From Candidatus Pacearchaeota archaeon (GTDB taxonomy: Archaea > Nanobdellota > Nanobdellia > Pacearchaeales > GW2011-AR1): DNA of 33,627 nt. The notes beneath the pieces are model-generated. The model was not told the origin of the DNA. It did no database searches and saw nothing but the letters and a program-made list of their open reading frames with translations. Both the position numbers and the translations under genes were made by a program. Positions 33,578-33,627 of the stretch are shown piece by piece (position 1 is the first letter of the stretch; each line of letters begins with the position of its first letter). The stretch is from the NCBI GenBank assembly GCA_016784085.1, contig JADHVH010000002.1, forward strand, positions 1 to 33,627. Reading direction: 5' to 3'.

Positions 33578-33627
33578 ATGGCAGTAAAAATCACTTATTT
33601 TGTTCATGGAACGACAACTGACAATCA
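33578..33627 (+). CDS. 5' end of an unidentified ORF running off the window (MAVKITYFVHGTTTDN...)
   Basis: The ATG at 33578 is open to the window end. Only 16 codons are visible. There is a faint resemblance to the N-terminus of histidine-phosphatase-fold proteins, but the Arg of the RHG motif is absent. Confidence 0.25.
   Translation, partial: MAVKITYFVHGTTTDN

Noticed and set aside
1-33627. CRISPR arrays, rRNA and tRNA genes
   Set aside because: Reading both strands, I found no regularly spaced direct repeats with unique spacers. I also found no GC-rich cloverleaf or rRNA-like segments. The only GC-rich patches are the repeat blocks described above.

Overview
This is an AT-rich, gene-dense archaeal window. 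The archaeal markers are ribosomal protein S6e, aIF5B, Dph2, a TrmB-type regulator, and TATA boxes about 25 nt upstream of start codons. The composition and many small proteins suggest a DPANN-type archaeon, but that is inference only.

Layout:
1. 0-9 kb: translation genes, a MacB-type ABC exporter with a convergent exported beta-rich protein, a PC4-like ssDNA binder, and an odd beta-rich protein pair.
2. 8.9-14.9 kb: an oxidative-stress and Fe-S block. It holds Fe/Mn SOD, Bcp, a Cys-rich HTH regulator and sufB-sufS-alaX-sufU-sufC.
3. 14.9-23.3 kb, all on the minus strand: a tightly packed envelope copper/thiol island.
   - Recognisable parts are CopA, CopZ, a cupredoxin-like protein, DUF411/CopG, a DsbA-like protein and a TVP38/DedA protein.
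   - Unrecognised parts are several exported Cys-, Met- or Gly-rich proteins, a rhodanese-CuA cupredoxin fusion, a membrane-tethered winged-helix regulator and a CPGC membrane protein.
   - Two promoters in the island carry the same 20-bp palindromic box.
4. 23.4-25.7 kb: an orphan four-gene operon divergent from a TrmB regulator.
5. 25.7-27.9 kb: Dph2, a hypothetical protein and AhpC.
6. 28-33.6 kb: a Xer-like tyrosine recombinase followed by two genes, a 1091-aa secreted Cys-rich protein with a clan-CD (C25-like) His/Cys dyad and an HD hydrolase. Each gene is bracketed by homologous intergenic repeat blocks in inverted orientation.

I saw no rRNA, tRNA or CRISPR array. All functional calls rest on motifs readable in the translations, and no database search was possible. 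The best candidates for something undescribed are the repeat-bracketed cassettes beside the recombinase and the operator-controlled operon of exported Cys-rich proteins in the copper island.
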